64,000 nt of DNA from Theionarchaea archaeon (GTDB lineage: Archaea > Methanobacteriota_B > Thermococci > Methanofastidiosales > SZ-28-30). Below the pieces are notes generated by a model, which was given only the letters and a program-made list of their open reading frames with translations, had not been told where the DNA came from and did not search any database. Positions within the stretch are counted from its first letter, which is position 1, and each line of letters opens with the position of its first letter. The position numbers and the translations under genes were made by a program. The stretch covers positions 42,378 through 106,377 of the forward strand of contig JACVGT010000007.1 of NCBI GenBank assembly GCA_018992685.1, written 5' to 3'. Shown here one piece after another: positions 38,956-48,555 of the stretch.

Positions 38956-39950
38956 CTCTCCAGTGAGTTGCTGTGGAACCCACGCAGCCGGGTGATCAGG
39001 GTATTGATGGTCTTTTCACTGAACCTCCGTTGTCTCAGAAAGTCGAGAAGGTCGTCCTCCTGGAGAGGCGAATATGCCAGGGAATACGTAGCAGTGACAT
39101 CTGGATTCAGAAATATCTGTCTGATCTCATGTAAAGTCTGGGGAAGTTTCTCCTGCATCTCAGGGGGAAGGGCTTCCAGAGTGTCATACGTTCTCATGAG
39201 GTTCAAGGCAGTTTTGGGGCCAATGCCTTTGATACCTGGAGTAAAATCATTCCCCATAAGAATTGACATATCCACCAATTGTTCTCGCGTAATGTTCAAA
39301 TGATCTAGGAAATCTTTTAGAGTGATAATCTCCGGCTTGTACCTTCTGGAAAGCCCTTTTGAGGGAAGATACTCCTTTCCCTGGACAGTGACGTAACGAA
39401 CCTGTCTCTTTGCGCCAAATAATAGTGTGTCATAGTCCCTGCTTGCTGCACCGAAAATGTCTCTTGTCATAAATGCTGCCTGGGCCTCTGCCTCTGAGGG
39501 AGCCTGCACCCAGGGTATCCCCATGTAGGTGAGCAGCCGCTGTGCATCTTCAATCATGTCCTTGGTGAGCCTTGAGGTCATGGTGGATTTTGAATAGGCT
39601 GTGGCATAGTCTTTTATTCTGAGTGCTTCTTTCCATTCTTCTTGTGCTCTTTCCTTGATTTCTTTCCTTTTTTGAAGTTCTCCTTTCTTGAGGGCGGGCG
39701 GCGTTCCATCGAAGACATACACCAGGTTGATGTGATAATCACAGAGAAGCCGTGTGGCTCTGAAGGCCAGCCCATGCAAGTGAGAAGTAATATTGCCCCG
39801 ATCATCAGTCAGGGGCACGCCACCACCTGTTCTGATAAGGGCGAGGAACTGGTATAACACGTTGTTGGCATCAAAAGCCAGCGTTTTTCCTGAGAGTTGC
39901 GCTAGATCTACCACTCTTTTCTTGATGATCGGGGTTAGGTTGACTCCCAT
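38946..39950 (-). CDS. fen: Flap endonuclease 1
   Basis: MGV, YQFLALIR, YVFDG, PSEAEAQAA, DYDTLLFG, GIGPKTA, degenerate PIP-like SNSLERWL. Confidence 0.95.
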   Translation of the reverse strand: MGVNLTPIIKKRVVDLAQLSGKTLAFDANNVLYQFLALIRTGGGVPLTDDRGNITSHLHGLAFRATRLLCDYHINLVYVFDGTPPALKKGELQKRKEIKERAQEEWKEALRIKDYATAYSKSTMTSRLTKDMIEDAQRLLTYMGIPWVQAPSEAEAQAAFMTRDIFGAASRDYDTLLFGAKRQVRYVTVQGKEYLPSKGLSRRYKPEIITLKDFLDHLNITREQLVDMSILMGNDFTPGIKGIGPKTALNLMRTYDTLEALPPEMQEKLPQTLHEIRQIFLNPDVTATYSLAYSPLQEDDLLDFLRQRRFSEKTINTLITRLRGFHSNSLERWL

Positions 39951-40030
39951 GGTACCCACAGGGAAAGTGTGTATATAGGGATTTCCACTCGTAGGTTATT
40001 CAGGTGCCAGAATTCCCTCGGGTAGTGAAA

Positions 40031-41107
40031 TCACGTTACCAGCTCTTCTACAATCATGGTGAGGACCTCAGACAGTTTCTCCCCTACACCCTGTAGCACT
40101 CTCAAATCCTCGATTTCACGAATGTCTTCATCCAAGTCGTCAAGGAGCCAGGCCACCTTTCTGTACGGCCAGGCTCTCTTTGGAGATTCCAGCTCGATGC
40201 GATATGCTGTATCAAATAGTCTTTCTGCCACCCTTTGATTGAAATTGAGACAGTAGCGAGGGATGCGATCTTTCAATTCATATGCCTCTATCATGTTGAT
40301 TGCTCTTCGTGAAATGTCTGCAAAATACTCCAGAATGTTGGAGTCATAGAGAGTCTCGTAATCAGAGACAAGCTCTGGAAACGTGGCTCTCAAGAGCTTG
40401 AAATATCGTACTCTCACATTGTCATCCAGAGTCAATCCACCCACCAGCACAAAGGTGGCCCCATGTTCTTTTGCTGCTCTGATTACATCTTCCATCAGAT
40501 CTGGTGAATCGGTAATATAGGGGAGAACTGGCATGAGATTCACCCCGGTGAGAATGCCCGCCTCTGAGATCTCTTTCATTGCCTTCAATCGCCGTTCTGG
40601 AGAAGGGGCTCCTGGTTCAAAGAGACCAGACAGCTCCTCATCAACAGTGGAAAAACTGAATGAAACGCAGGCCCATGTCCTCTCGTTGATCTCCTGCAGA
40701 ACATCAATGTCTTTCACCACCAAGTCAGATTTTTCTATAATATGCACGGGAAACTCAGAGTCTCTTATGACCTCCAGCATTTTTCTGGAGATGCAGAATT
40801 TCCTTTCAGCAGGCTGATAATCTCCCGTGGCAATTACCCCTTTTTTTGCCTTCTTAAGCTCTTTTTCAAGTAATTGAGCAGCATTACGTTTGACTTTTAT
40901 GATTCTCGAAAAATCATCTGGTGTATCTGTATGCAGGTATTTATCCTGCCTTGCATAACAGTATTCGCAGGCATGCTGGCATCCTACGTACGGATGGGCG
41001 GAATACTTGTTCCAGAACCAGGAATCTGCATGCTTATATGTATTGAGGATTCTTTTTGTATCGTACAGGACGTACGGAGATCCCCCATTCAGCGTGGTCT
41101 GTTTCAT
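40031..41107 (-). CDS. SplB/Rv2578c-like radical SAM protein with C-terminal helix-hairpin-helix domain
   Basis: PYVGCQHACEYCYA, DYQPAE, KSDLV, EPGAPSPERRL, MPVLPYITD; C-tail AWPYRKVA..LQGVGEKL. Confidence 0.88.
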   Translation of the reverse strand: MKQTTLNGGSPYVLYDTKRILNTYKHADSWFWNKYSAHPYVGCQHACEYCYARQDKYLHTDTPDDFSRIIKVKRNAAQLLEKELKKAKKGVIATGDYQPAERKFCISRKMLEVIRDSEFPVHIIEKSDLVVKDIDVLQEINERTWACVSFSFSTVDEELSGLFEPGAPSPERRLKAMKEISEAGILTGVNLMPVLPYITDSPDLMEDVIRAAKEHGATFVLVGGLTLDDNVRVRYFKLLRATFPELVSDYETLYDSNILEYFADISRRAINMIEAYELKDRIPRYCLNFNQRVAERLFDTAYRIELESPKRAWPYRKVAWLLDDLDEDIREIEDLRVLQGVGEKLSEVLTMIVEELVT

Positions 41108-41649
41108 CTCCCCAGAGCGGCCAGAACATCTTCTGCAGCCTTGAACCCCACTTCCAGTGCTTTCTTGTTGAGATCAATGGTCCTGGGTGGAACACTGTCA
41201 AAAACTGCTTTCTGCATGGCTTCCACTGAAACAACACCTGTGAGTCTGGTCAGGCTTCCCAGCATAATGATATTCGCCACAATCTTTCTTCCCAGATCTT
41301 CAGCCAGAGCGGTGAACTCAATCCGTATGGGATCGAACTCGCCTGTGTCAATGACCAGGGAAGGGTCCACTATGATGGTGGCATCTTTTTTCAGATCATC
41401 AGTGTACTTGTCAAAAGCGGGCTGACTCATGGCCACCAGAATGTCTGCCTCCATGACACCTGGAAAGGCAATAGGTTCATCTGAGATTATCACTTCTGAT
41501 CTGGACGCACCGCCTCGCGCTTCGGGACCGTAGGACTGGGTTTGCACTGAGTAGTAATCAGAGTACACAGAAGCAGCCTTTCCTAGGATCATGCCAGCAA
41601 GCACGATACCCTGACCACCGAATCCACACACACGAATTTCTTTCCTCAT
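41104..41649 (-). CDS. 2-oxoacid:ferredoxin oxidoreductase gamma subunit (KorC-like)
   Basis: GFGGQGI, QSYGPEARGG, NIIMLG; ATGA overlaps on both sides. Confidence 0.9.
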   Translation of the reverse strand: MRKEIRVCGFGGQGIVLAGMILGKAASVYSDYYSVQTQSYGPEARGGASRSEVIISDEPIAFPGVMEADILVAMSQPAFDKYTDDLKKDATIIVDPSLVIDTGEFDPIRIEFTALAEDLGRKIVANIIMLGSLTRLTGVVSVEAMQKAVFDSVPPRTIDLNKKALEVGFKAAEDVLAALGR

Positions 41650-42491
41650 GATTTCATCCTCTCCACCAGTAACTTCCATTCATCCATGAATTCTGGTTTT
41701 TCGATGTCCACAAACTCTCCAATCGTGATCTTCTTCCGGGCTTTGTCTTTTTCTTCTTCCGTCCCGTACTTCATAATTCTATCATATTCCTCAACCAGAA
41801 TTACATTCTCCTTGTACCAATTCCACATGGACTCAATATCCCGCAGCTTGTTATACCGTCCATAGGCTGTAGGGCAGGGGGATAATATCTCAATAAAGGA
41901 AAATCCTTTTCTCTTCAAACCTTTCTCAATGGACTTTATGGGTCTATATGGGTGTGTGACAGACCACCTGGCAACGTAAGGCGCTCCTGCTGCCACTGCC
42001 AGAAGAGACATGTCAAAAGGATGCTCCACATTCCCGTACGGGGTGGTGGTTGTGTTGGCAAACCGGGGTGTGGTGGGAGCCACCTGACCTCCCGTCATCC
42101 CGTAGGTGAAGTTGTTGACAGCAATTACAGTGACGTCTATATTCCGTCTGATTGCATGAATGAAATGATTTCCTCCAATTCCCACACAGTCTCCATCCCC
42201 TGTGAATACTACAATATTCAGATCGGGCTCAGCCGCGTGGACACCCGTGGCGAATGCCAGAGCTCTCCCGTGGGTAGTGTGCAGCCCATCAGCTCTCACA
42301 TATCCGGGCAACCGTGAAGAGCAGCCAATGCCGCTGACAAAGATGGTTTCTGTAATGTCCAACCCCACATTGTCAATAGCCTGTATGGTGTAGTGGAGGA
42401 CGTTCCCGATCCCACATCCTGTACAGAATATGGTGGGAAACATGGCTTCTCTGAGATACTTCTCTCTGAGCTCAAGTGTGTTGGTTAACAT
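41646..42491 (-). CDS. 2-oxoacid:ferredoxin oxidoreductase beta subunit (KorB-like)
   Basis: FCTGCG, SGIGCS, HGRA, GDGD TPP motif, YGMTGGQ, SPCPT. Confidence 0.92.
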   Translation of the reverse strand: MLTNTLELREKYLREAMFPTIFCTGCGIGNVLHYTIQAIDNVGLDITETIFVSGIGCSSRLPGYVRADGLHTTHGRALAFATGVHAAEPDLNIVVFTGDGDCVGIGGNHFIHAIRRNIDVTVIAVNNFTYGMTGGQVAPTTPRFANTTTTPYGNVEHPFDMSLLAVAAGAPYVARWSVTHPYRPIKSIEKGLKRKGFSFIEILSPCPTAYGRYNKLRDIESMWNWYKENVILVEEYDRIMKYGTEEEKDKARKKITIGEFVDIEKPEFMDEWKLLVERMKS

Positions 42492-42626
42492 ACGGAGGGA
42501 GTTTCTTCTCATTGATTTATAAAGGTTTTGCCTGGCAGTTGAAGAATCCTGTAATCCTGAAGTTCAAAAATGAAGAAAAGGATAACAAACAGAGGTCCTG
42601 ATGAAAGATTCTTGAGTGTGGACAGG

Positions 42627-43061
42627 TCATAGCCGCAACTGACGGGCTCTTCGGGGACTGTCCAGATATGCTTTGGAAGCTTCAAGCACATCCCTGGTAT
42701 TCGAAAAGGTTATTTGATCTCTTGCCTTCTCATATGGAAGCCAGGCATATCCAATATGTTCCGAGCTGATGGTGACATCCTTTGTCTTGGATTTGGCCAA
42801 AAAATAGGTGACAGTCTTGTACACTGTTTTTCCATCTTTCCTATAGAAGTAGTCGATCTCCTTTTCGAAGTCTGTGAACTCAACACTTCTCAGTCCAGTC
42901 TCTTCCTCTATTTCTCTGGCTGCTGTTTTCAGCCTGGTCTCTCTCTTTTCCCTATTCCCCTTGGGGAATCCCCAGTGTCCAGACTCGTAGTGAAGGAGTA
43001 AGAACTCACTGTCGTGATAAATAACAGCTCCACATGATTCTTCCTTCATGATATACCTCAT
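42627..43061 (-). CDS. Nudix hydrolase (Ap4A hydrolase-like)
   Basis: HWGFPKG..E..AAREIEEETGL, SSEH. Confidence 0.9.
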   Translation of the reverse strand: MRYIMKEESCGAVIYHDSEFLLLHYESGHWGFPKGNREKRETRLKTAAREIEEETGLRSVEFTDFEKEIDYFYRKDGKTVYKTVTYFLAKSKTKDVTISSEHIGYAWLPYEKARDQITFSNTRDVLEASKAYLDSPRRARQLRL

Positions 43062-43139
43062 TTTCCCTAGGTTTCCCAGATGACATGAGTTCCATCACAG
43101 TCAAAAATCAAAAAAAGGAAAGAGAGATTACTGAGGGTT

Positions 43140-44801
43140 TCATTTCTGTTTTTTCAGTTCCTCTTCCACCAGTGTTCTCCTGAGAACCTTGCCCACGATT
43201 GTCTTGGGTAGAGCAGTACGGAATTCTACCTTCTTGGGGATTTTGTACTTAGCAAGGTTTTCTTTGCAGAATTGGATAATCTCTTCTTCTGTAGCTGTTT
43301 CTCCTTCTTTTAACACAACGTAGGCTTTGACTGTCTCCCCACGGTACTCATCTGGAATACCAGCGACCGCAGCCTCTTTGATCTTGGGATATTCAAACAG
43401 CACTTCTTCAATATCTCTGGGATAGATGTTAAACCCTGACGCAATGATCATGTCCTTCTTCCGATCGACAATGTAGAAGTATCCATCTTCATCTACTTTT
43501 GAAATGTCACCAGTATATAACCACCCGTCTCTCAAGGTTTGGGCAGTTTCGTCTGGCATGTTCCAGTACCCTTTCATCACTTGGGGCCCCTTTATACACA
43601 ATTCTCCGATCTCATTTATTCCCAGTATCTTGTCTCCTTTTTCGACATCCACGATCTTGCAGTCCGTGTCGGGGAAGGGTATTCCAATGCTGCCTTCCTT
43701 CACCAGCCCTTCCAGGGGGTTGGAGTGGGTGACTGGTGAGGATTCAGTCAGTCCGTATCCTTCTCTGAGCTTTCCTCCTGTTAACCGTTCGAACATCTGC
43801 AGGACTTCCAATGGGAGAGGTGCTGCCCCACTGATACAGTATTTTATTGAGGATAGGTCGTATTTCGAGACATCAGGGTCATTGTTGATGGCGATGTACA
43901 TGGTGGGAACTCCGGGGAACAGAGTGGGTTTTTGCTTTTGAATCAGGGAAAGAACTTCTCTTGTTTCCCAGCGGGGCACTAAGATCATGCTGGATGCGAT
44001 GTAGATGGGGAAGTTCATAGACACTGTCATGCCAAAGGAATGGAAGAATGGAAGAACTGCCAGTAACCGTTCTTTTCCCACTTCGACTTCAGGGAACCAG
44101 TTCTTGCATTGGATTGCGTTGGCCACCAGGTTCTTGTGGGTGAGCATGACCCCTTTGGACACACCGGTAGTACCCCCCGTGTACTGAAGAAGAGCAACTT
44201 CATCAGATTTCACGGTGACTGAGGGAGGTGTATCTCCTTTTTTCATGACATCCTGGAATGGGATGGCGTCAGGCGCAACGTTGGCAATGTCTTTTCTCTT
44301 GGCAAGGGGATACAGAAGGCTCAAAGGGAAAGGGAGGTACTCTTTCAAACTGGATACGATGACCCTTTTGAGGCCTGTTTTATTTTGAATGTTTCTTGTC
44401 TTTGGGTACAGCATCTCAAGATCCAGGGTTATCATGGTCTCAGCACCTGAATCATCCACCTGGTACTTGATCTCGCGCTCAACGTAGAGGGGATTGTTCT
44501 GGACAACGACTGCCCCTATTCTCAAAGCGGCATACAAGGCGATCACGGATTGGGGACAGTTTGGGAAGAACAGAGCCACTCTATCTCCCTTCTTAATTCC
44601 CAATTTGGACAGACCACAGGCAAATTTGTTGACCTGATCAGCAAGTTCTCGGTAGGTCAGTTTTCCTCCCATGAAGACTGTAGCCACGGTATCTGGGAAG
44701 TTCTTTGCAGAATCTTCCAGAAATCTGTACAAGGGGATGTCAGGGTAGTCGATAGTCTGGGGTACCTTTTTGGGATAGTGCTTCAGCCATATTTTTTCCA
44801 T
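43140..44801 (-). CDS. Long-chain fatty acid-CoA ligase
   Basis: YTGGTTGVSKG, EGYGLTE, GWLYTGD, PKTIVGK. Confidence 0.93.
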   Translation of the reverse strand: MEKIWLKHYPKKVPQTIDYPDIPLYRFLEDSAKNFPDTVATVFMGGKLTYRELADQVNKFACGLSKLGIKKGDRVALFFPNCPQSVIALYAALRIGAVVVQNNPLYVEREIKYQVDDSGAETMITLDLEMLYPKTRNIQNKTGLKRVIVSSLKEYLPFPLSLLYPLAKRKDIANVAPDAIPFQDVMKKGDTPPSVTVKSDEVALLQYTGGTTGVSKGVMLTHKNLVANAIQCKNWFPEVEVGKERLLAVLPFFHSFGMTVSMNFPIYIASSMILVPRWETREVLSLIQKQKPTLFPGVPTMYIAINNDPDVSKYDLSSIKYCISGAAPLPLEVLQMFERLTGGKLREGYGLTESSPVTHSNPLEGLVKEGSIGIPFPDTDCKIVDVEKGDKILGINEIGELCIKGPQVMKGYWNMPDETAQTLRDGWLYTGDISKVDEDGYFYIVDRKKDMIIASGFNIYPRDIEEVLFEYPKIKEAAVAGIPDEYRGETVKAYVVLKEGETATEEEIIQFCKENLAKYKIPKKVEFRTALPKTIVGKVLRRTLVEEELKKQK

Positions 44802-45006
44802 AAATGTTCCTCCTGTTAGAAGAAAAGGTATCTTTTCAATTATTTAAGGTTTGCTATTGTAGCAGTTAGGTTTGCACATGTTGCAGGAGGGTGGAAGTTA
44901 TCATTACTAAGGATAACCCTCAGAAGCTCAGATTTTGAAATGAGTGGTCCCGACGCTGCACGATTCAGTAATCCTCCTGTCCCCCGAAAAAGATTTGCAT
45001 TTTCTG

Positions 45007-45522
45007 CTATTGACTGCATCCCAGGAAATGGGTCTCACTGCGTAGACAGAAGGATCTTCCGTCCACAGCTCTGGACACAGCAAGAATCCCGTTCAGATGA
45101 TCATATTCATGCTGAATCAACTCTGACATATCCCCACAGTATTTCACCTTCTGTTCTTTCCACTTCAGATCGAAGAAGGTTACCCTACACTGACTGTACC
45201 TCTTGATCTTCACCAGGAGATCAGGGAAGCTCATGCAGTCATCCCATACCTCCATTACTCTTGTATCCTCAAATTCAAGTAGTGGATTGATGAGCACCAC
45301 AGGTTCTCCTACATGCAAGTATAGTAGCCGCTTGTTCACTCCGATCTGAGGAGCAGCAATAGCCCTGCCCATTTTATGGGTTTTCCTGAAGTCCATGAGC
45401 GTATCATGAAGATCCCCGACAAGAGATCTCACCATGTCAGTTTCCTCTTTTTCAACCCTTTCACAGACCTTGTACAGGGAAGGATTTCCTAACAACAATA
45501 TCTCTCTTACAGCCATGGTCAT
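45007..45522 (-). CDS. def: Peptide deformylase-like metalloprotein
   Basis: GRAIAAPQIG, DDCMS, QHEYDHLNG, INP. Confidence 0.88.
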   Translation of the reverse strand: MTMAVREILLLGNPSLYKVCERVEKEETDMVRSLVGDLHDTLMDFRKTHKMGRAIAAPQIGVNKRLLYLHVGEPVVLINPLLEFEDTRVMEVWDDCMSFPDLLVKIKRYSQCRVTFFDLKWKEQKVKYCGDMSELIQHEYDHLNGILAVSRAVDGRSFCLRSETHFLGCSQ

Positions 45523-45894
45523 ACCTCACTTCACTTCTCCGCCGGGATGACTTAAAAGGTTCCTGGTTGTCATGGGCAATTCCATCTCCATCGTTGTATT
45601 TAAAAAGGCAAATTATAAGTTTATTTTATTATAAATTTGTCAAGAGATTCTATTTTTGTCAAAAAGATCAAAAATTGACTATTTCAAAAAAAGGCTCAAA
45701 TGAACAATTTAAAGAAAAATAAAAGCAAAAATGAGCATAGATAATCAGAATAGAAAAGTTTATATACTACCTATCACACAAATACATTTGAAGATTGGAT
45801 TAAGAGCAATATGGAGATAGAAGGTCCAGTAAACTTTTATTCCAATCCACATTCATTAAACAAAGCCAAAAATAACCTTAAAGGAGGTAACAAA

Positions 45895-45945
45895 ATGGGA
45901 AAGTCAAAAGGAAAGAAGAAAGGCGAAGAAAAGAAGAAGAAGTAA
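45895..45945 (+). CDS. 16-aa lysine-rich micropeptide MGKSKGKKKGEEKKKK
   Basis: SD AAGGAGGT 6 nt before ATG, TATA AAAAGTTTATATA at about 45754-45766, downstream hairpin plus T-run. Confidence 0.55.
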   Translation: MGKSKGKKKGEEKKKK

Positions 45946-45950
45946 TACCA

Positions 45951-45982
45951 GTGCACTAGCGATTCCCGTCTAGTGTATTTTT
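45951..45982 (+). terminator. Hairpin plus T-tract
   Basis: GTGCACTAG-cgattcccgt-CTAGTGTAT followed by TTTT. Confidence 0.55.
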
Positions 45983-46119
45983 GGCTTTCTGTATCACTTC
46001 TTATTTCTTGTTCACATTCTCGCATTTATTTCTTCATTCTTTTCTATTTTTTTATTGATTTTTCTCACAAGTAAGGGACCGTTCTGTTCTTGACTTTTCC
46101 AGTCACATCGAGAAGGAAA

Positions 46120-47022
46120 TCACTCACCTCTTTTCTCCAGAATTGTCAGGACGCTTGCCAGAAGTATGAGCACACCACCAGCAATGGTAAATTCGTTAAT
46201 TGGTTCTCCCAAGATCAGATATCCATAAATCACACCCGAAATGGCCTCCATCATCATAATCACTCCGGCATGGACAATGGGAACATACTTAATAGACTTA
46301 TAGAGGATACCCATACCAACAACCATGGGAACAAGGGCGAATAACACCAGCAGTATTGCCGTTTCCAGTGAAACAAAGAAGGAAAACCCTGTAATCAACT
46401 GTGCACTTGTAATCATCCTTGAAAGTAGTCCAAACCCTACCGTAAAGATAGATCTGAATGTATAAAACCAGAACATGCTCACCAGAAAATGTCTCGATTT
46501 CAAAGAGAGTGATTTGATCATGATGAATTCCACAGAGAGCAGTACTCCTGCAGCGAGAGCAATGCCCCCTCCTGCAACGTTGAAGCGAGAGATGCTCCAC
46601 ACTTCACTGATGAGAAAAATGCCAAAGAACGCTGTGGCCACCGCTGTCCTCCTCGCCCAGGTCAGCTGTTCCTTGAAGAGTATTTTCCCCAGAAGTGCAG
46701 TCCATGCAGGCTGTGTATACAGAAATAAGACCACCACAGCAACAGGAGTCCCCAGGGCCACAGCCGAGTTTTCGAAAAATCCAACAGCTGCCATGATCAT
46801 CCCCAAAACCACATAATAAGGAAATTCTTTTCTTGGAATTGAGAAATCGATTTTCTTGATACAGAAAACAACCAGAATAACCAGGAGTGCAAGAAACGTC
46901 CGGGAAAAGGATTGCTGGAATGAGGAAATTCCGTTGTCTCTCAACACAGCAGAAAAGGTGGATATAGTGCCTAAGAGGCATCCTGCTATAGCCAGGCTGA
47001 TGCTGTGCTTGACATGTGACAT
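46120..47022 (-). CDS. EamA/DMT family transporter
   Basis: About ten TM helices in two repeats, LYTQP, LGEP..GGVLI. Confidence 0.88.
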   Translation of the reverse strand: MSHVKHSISLAIAGCLLGTISTFSAVLRDNGISSFQQSFSRTFLALLVILVVFCIKKIDFSIPRKEFPYYVVLGMIMAAVGFFENSAVALGTPVAVVVLFLYTQPAWTALLGKILFKEQLTWARRTAVATAFFGIFLISEVWSISRFNVAGGGIALAAGVLLSVEFIMIKSLSLKSRHFLVSMFWFYTFRSIFTVGFGLLSRMITSAQLITGFSFFVSLETAILLVLFALVPMVVGMGILYKSIKYVPIVHAGVIMMMEAISGVIYGYLILGEPINEFTIAGGVLILLASVLTILEKRGE

Positions 47023-47131
47023 ACACTCACTTTGGCATCCCTAATAAAAGGATTGGTAATCCCAATTCTATCATTTTATAACCCATCCTTCACAGGAAAA
47101 GTCTTATAAAGGCTAGATGAAACCGTAGCAG

Positions 47132-48460
47132 ATGGAACGAACGGATTTTACAGAAATGGATATTTCACAAGCCATTCGCCACATTGCACTCCCCTCCATT
47201 CTGGGAATGTTCTTTGGCACTTTATATAATATCGTAGACATTTTTTGGGTAGGAAGACTGGGATATCAGCAAATTGCGGCGGTCGCCCTCTTCGGTATAT
47301 TTTTTGAATTTGTCATTGTTTTCAATGAAGTGGTTGGCGTAGGAAGTGTTGCCTTAATTGCACGACATTATGGTGCACGGAATTTTCAACGGGTCAATGA
47401 AGTGGTGAAACAAACTCTTTTTCTCAAGTTGATGATTGCGGCAATCTTCTGCGTCACCGGCGTAGTACTGGTAGAACCCATCATCGTTGCTCTGGGAGGG
47501 TCTGGAGATGTTATTGAGTATGGAGTGGCCTATGGAAGGGTTATGTCTGTGGGGTTCTTGTTCATGTTATCTGGATTCACGCTGTTCACTGCCATGCGGG
47601 GAGTGGGAGATGCCAGGACGCCCATGAAGATCATGATCGTCTCGAATTTGATGAACATGGTCCTGGACCCTGTTTTCATTTTCGGACTTAACCTTGGCGT
47701 GACAGGAGCTGCTGCAGCGTCTGTTGTTTCCCAACTGGTTAGTTTTGCCATAGGTCTGTCCGTCATCACAGCAGGAAATCACGTGGTCACTATTGACACC
47801 AAGCTAGAATTCGATTTCAAGACCATGAAGACCATTCTCACTGTCGGACTTCCCTCTGGAGCAGAAGCTCTGATGCGAAATATTTCAAGCATGGTTGCCA
47901 TTCGGATTATTTCTGCTTTTGGAATGGCAGTTCTTGCAGGGATGGAGATCATGCTACGGCTAATGGGGCTGGTGTGGATGCCTCTCATGGGATTGAACCT
48001 GGCCTGTGGGACTCTTGTGGGTCATAACCTGGGAGCGAAAAAACCTGACCAGGCTGAAAAAACAGCGTTGAAAGCAGGATACATGGGTGCAGCGATTATG
48101 GTTGGCATTGCCGTGCTCTTTCTTGTGTTCAGCACACAATTGGTCACACTCTTTAATCGGACAGAGAGTGTGGTCCAGGCAGGAACTTCTGCCTTCAGGA
48201 TTGTCTCTCCCTTCTTGATTTTTCTAGGGTTTTCCATGCCATTGAGTGGTGCTTTCTACGGATCAGGAGATACAAAGCCCCCCATGATCATTACCTTTCT
48301 GACTTTTCTCTTGTTCCAGATTCCCATGATGGTTTTCATGTCTAGAGTGCTGGGATTCGCAGGCGTTTTCTGGGCCTATGGACTGAGCATGCTGGGGATG
48401 TGTGTACTGATGGTGACCTGGTTCTTCAGAGGAAAATGGAAAGAACGGAAGTTAGAATAG
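47132..48460 (+). CDS. MATE family efflux transporter
   Basis: LYNIVD..VGRLG, RGVGDARTPM, NMVLDP, GHNLGA. Confidence 0.93.
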   Translation: MERTDFTEMDISQAIRHIALPSILGMFFGTLYNIVDIFWVGRLGYQQIAAVALFGIFFEFVIVFNEVVGVGSVALIARHYGARNFQRVNEVVKQTLFLKLMIAAIFCVTGVVLVEPIIVALGGSGDVIEYGVAYGRVMSVGFLFMLSGFTLFTAMRGVGDARTPMKIMIVSNLMNMVLDPVFIFGLNLGVTGAAAASVVSQLVSFAIGLSVITAGNHVVTIDTKLEFDFKTMKTILTVGLPSGAEALMRNISSMVAIRIISAFGMAVLAGMEIMLRLMGLVWMPLMGLNLACGTLVGHNLGAKKPDQAEKTALKAGYMGAAIMVGIAVLFLVFSTQLVTLFNRTESVVQAGTSAFRIVSPFLIFLGFSMPLSGAFYGSGDTKPPMIITFLTFLLFQIPMMVFMSRVLGFAGVFWAYGLSMLGMCVLMVTWFFRGKWKERKLE

Positions 48461-48555
48461 CACCTCCCACCGTCAGATGAACCCCATGGTTCCTATTGAT
48501 ATAGTAAAACCTTTATAAATGTGCGACAGAACTGGCTCCTACAATAGGTGATAGA

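Noticed and set aside
42595-42630. Hammerhead-like CTGATGA core
   Set aside because: Not followed by stem II and GAAA, and flanking stems are absent
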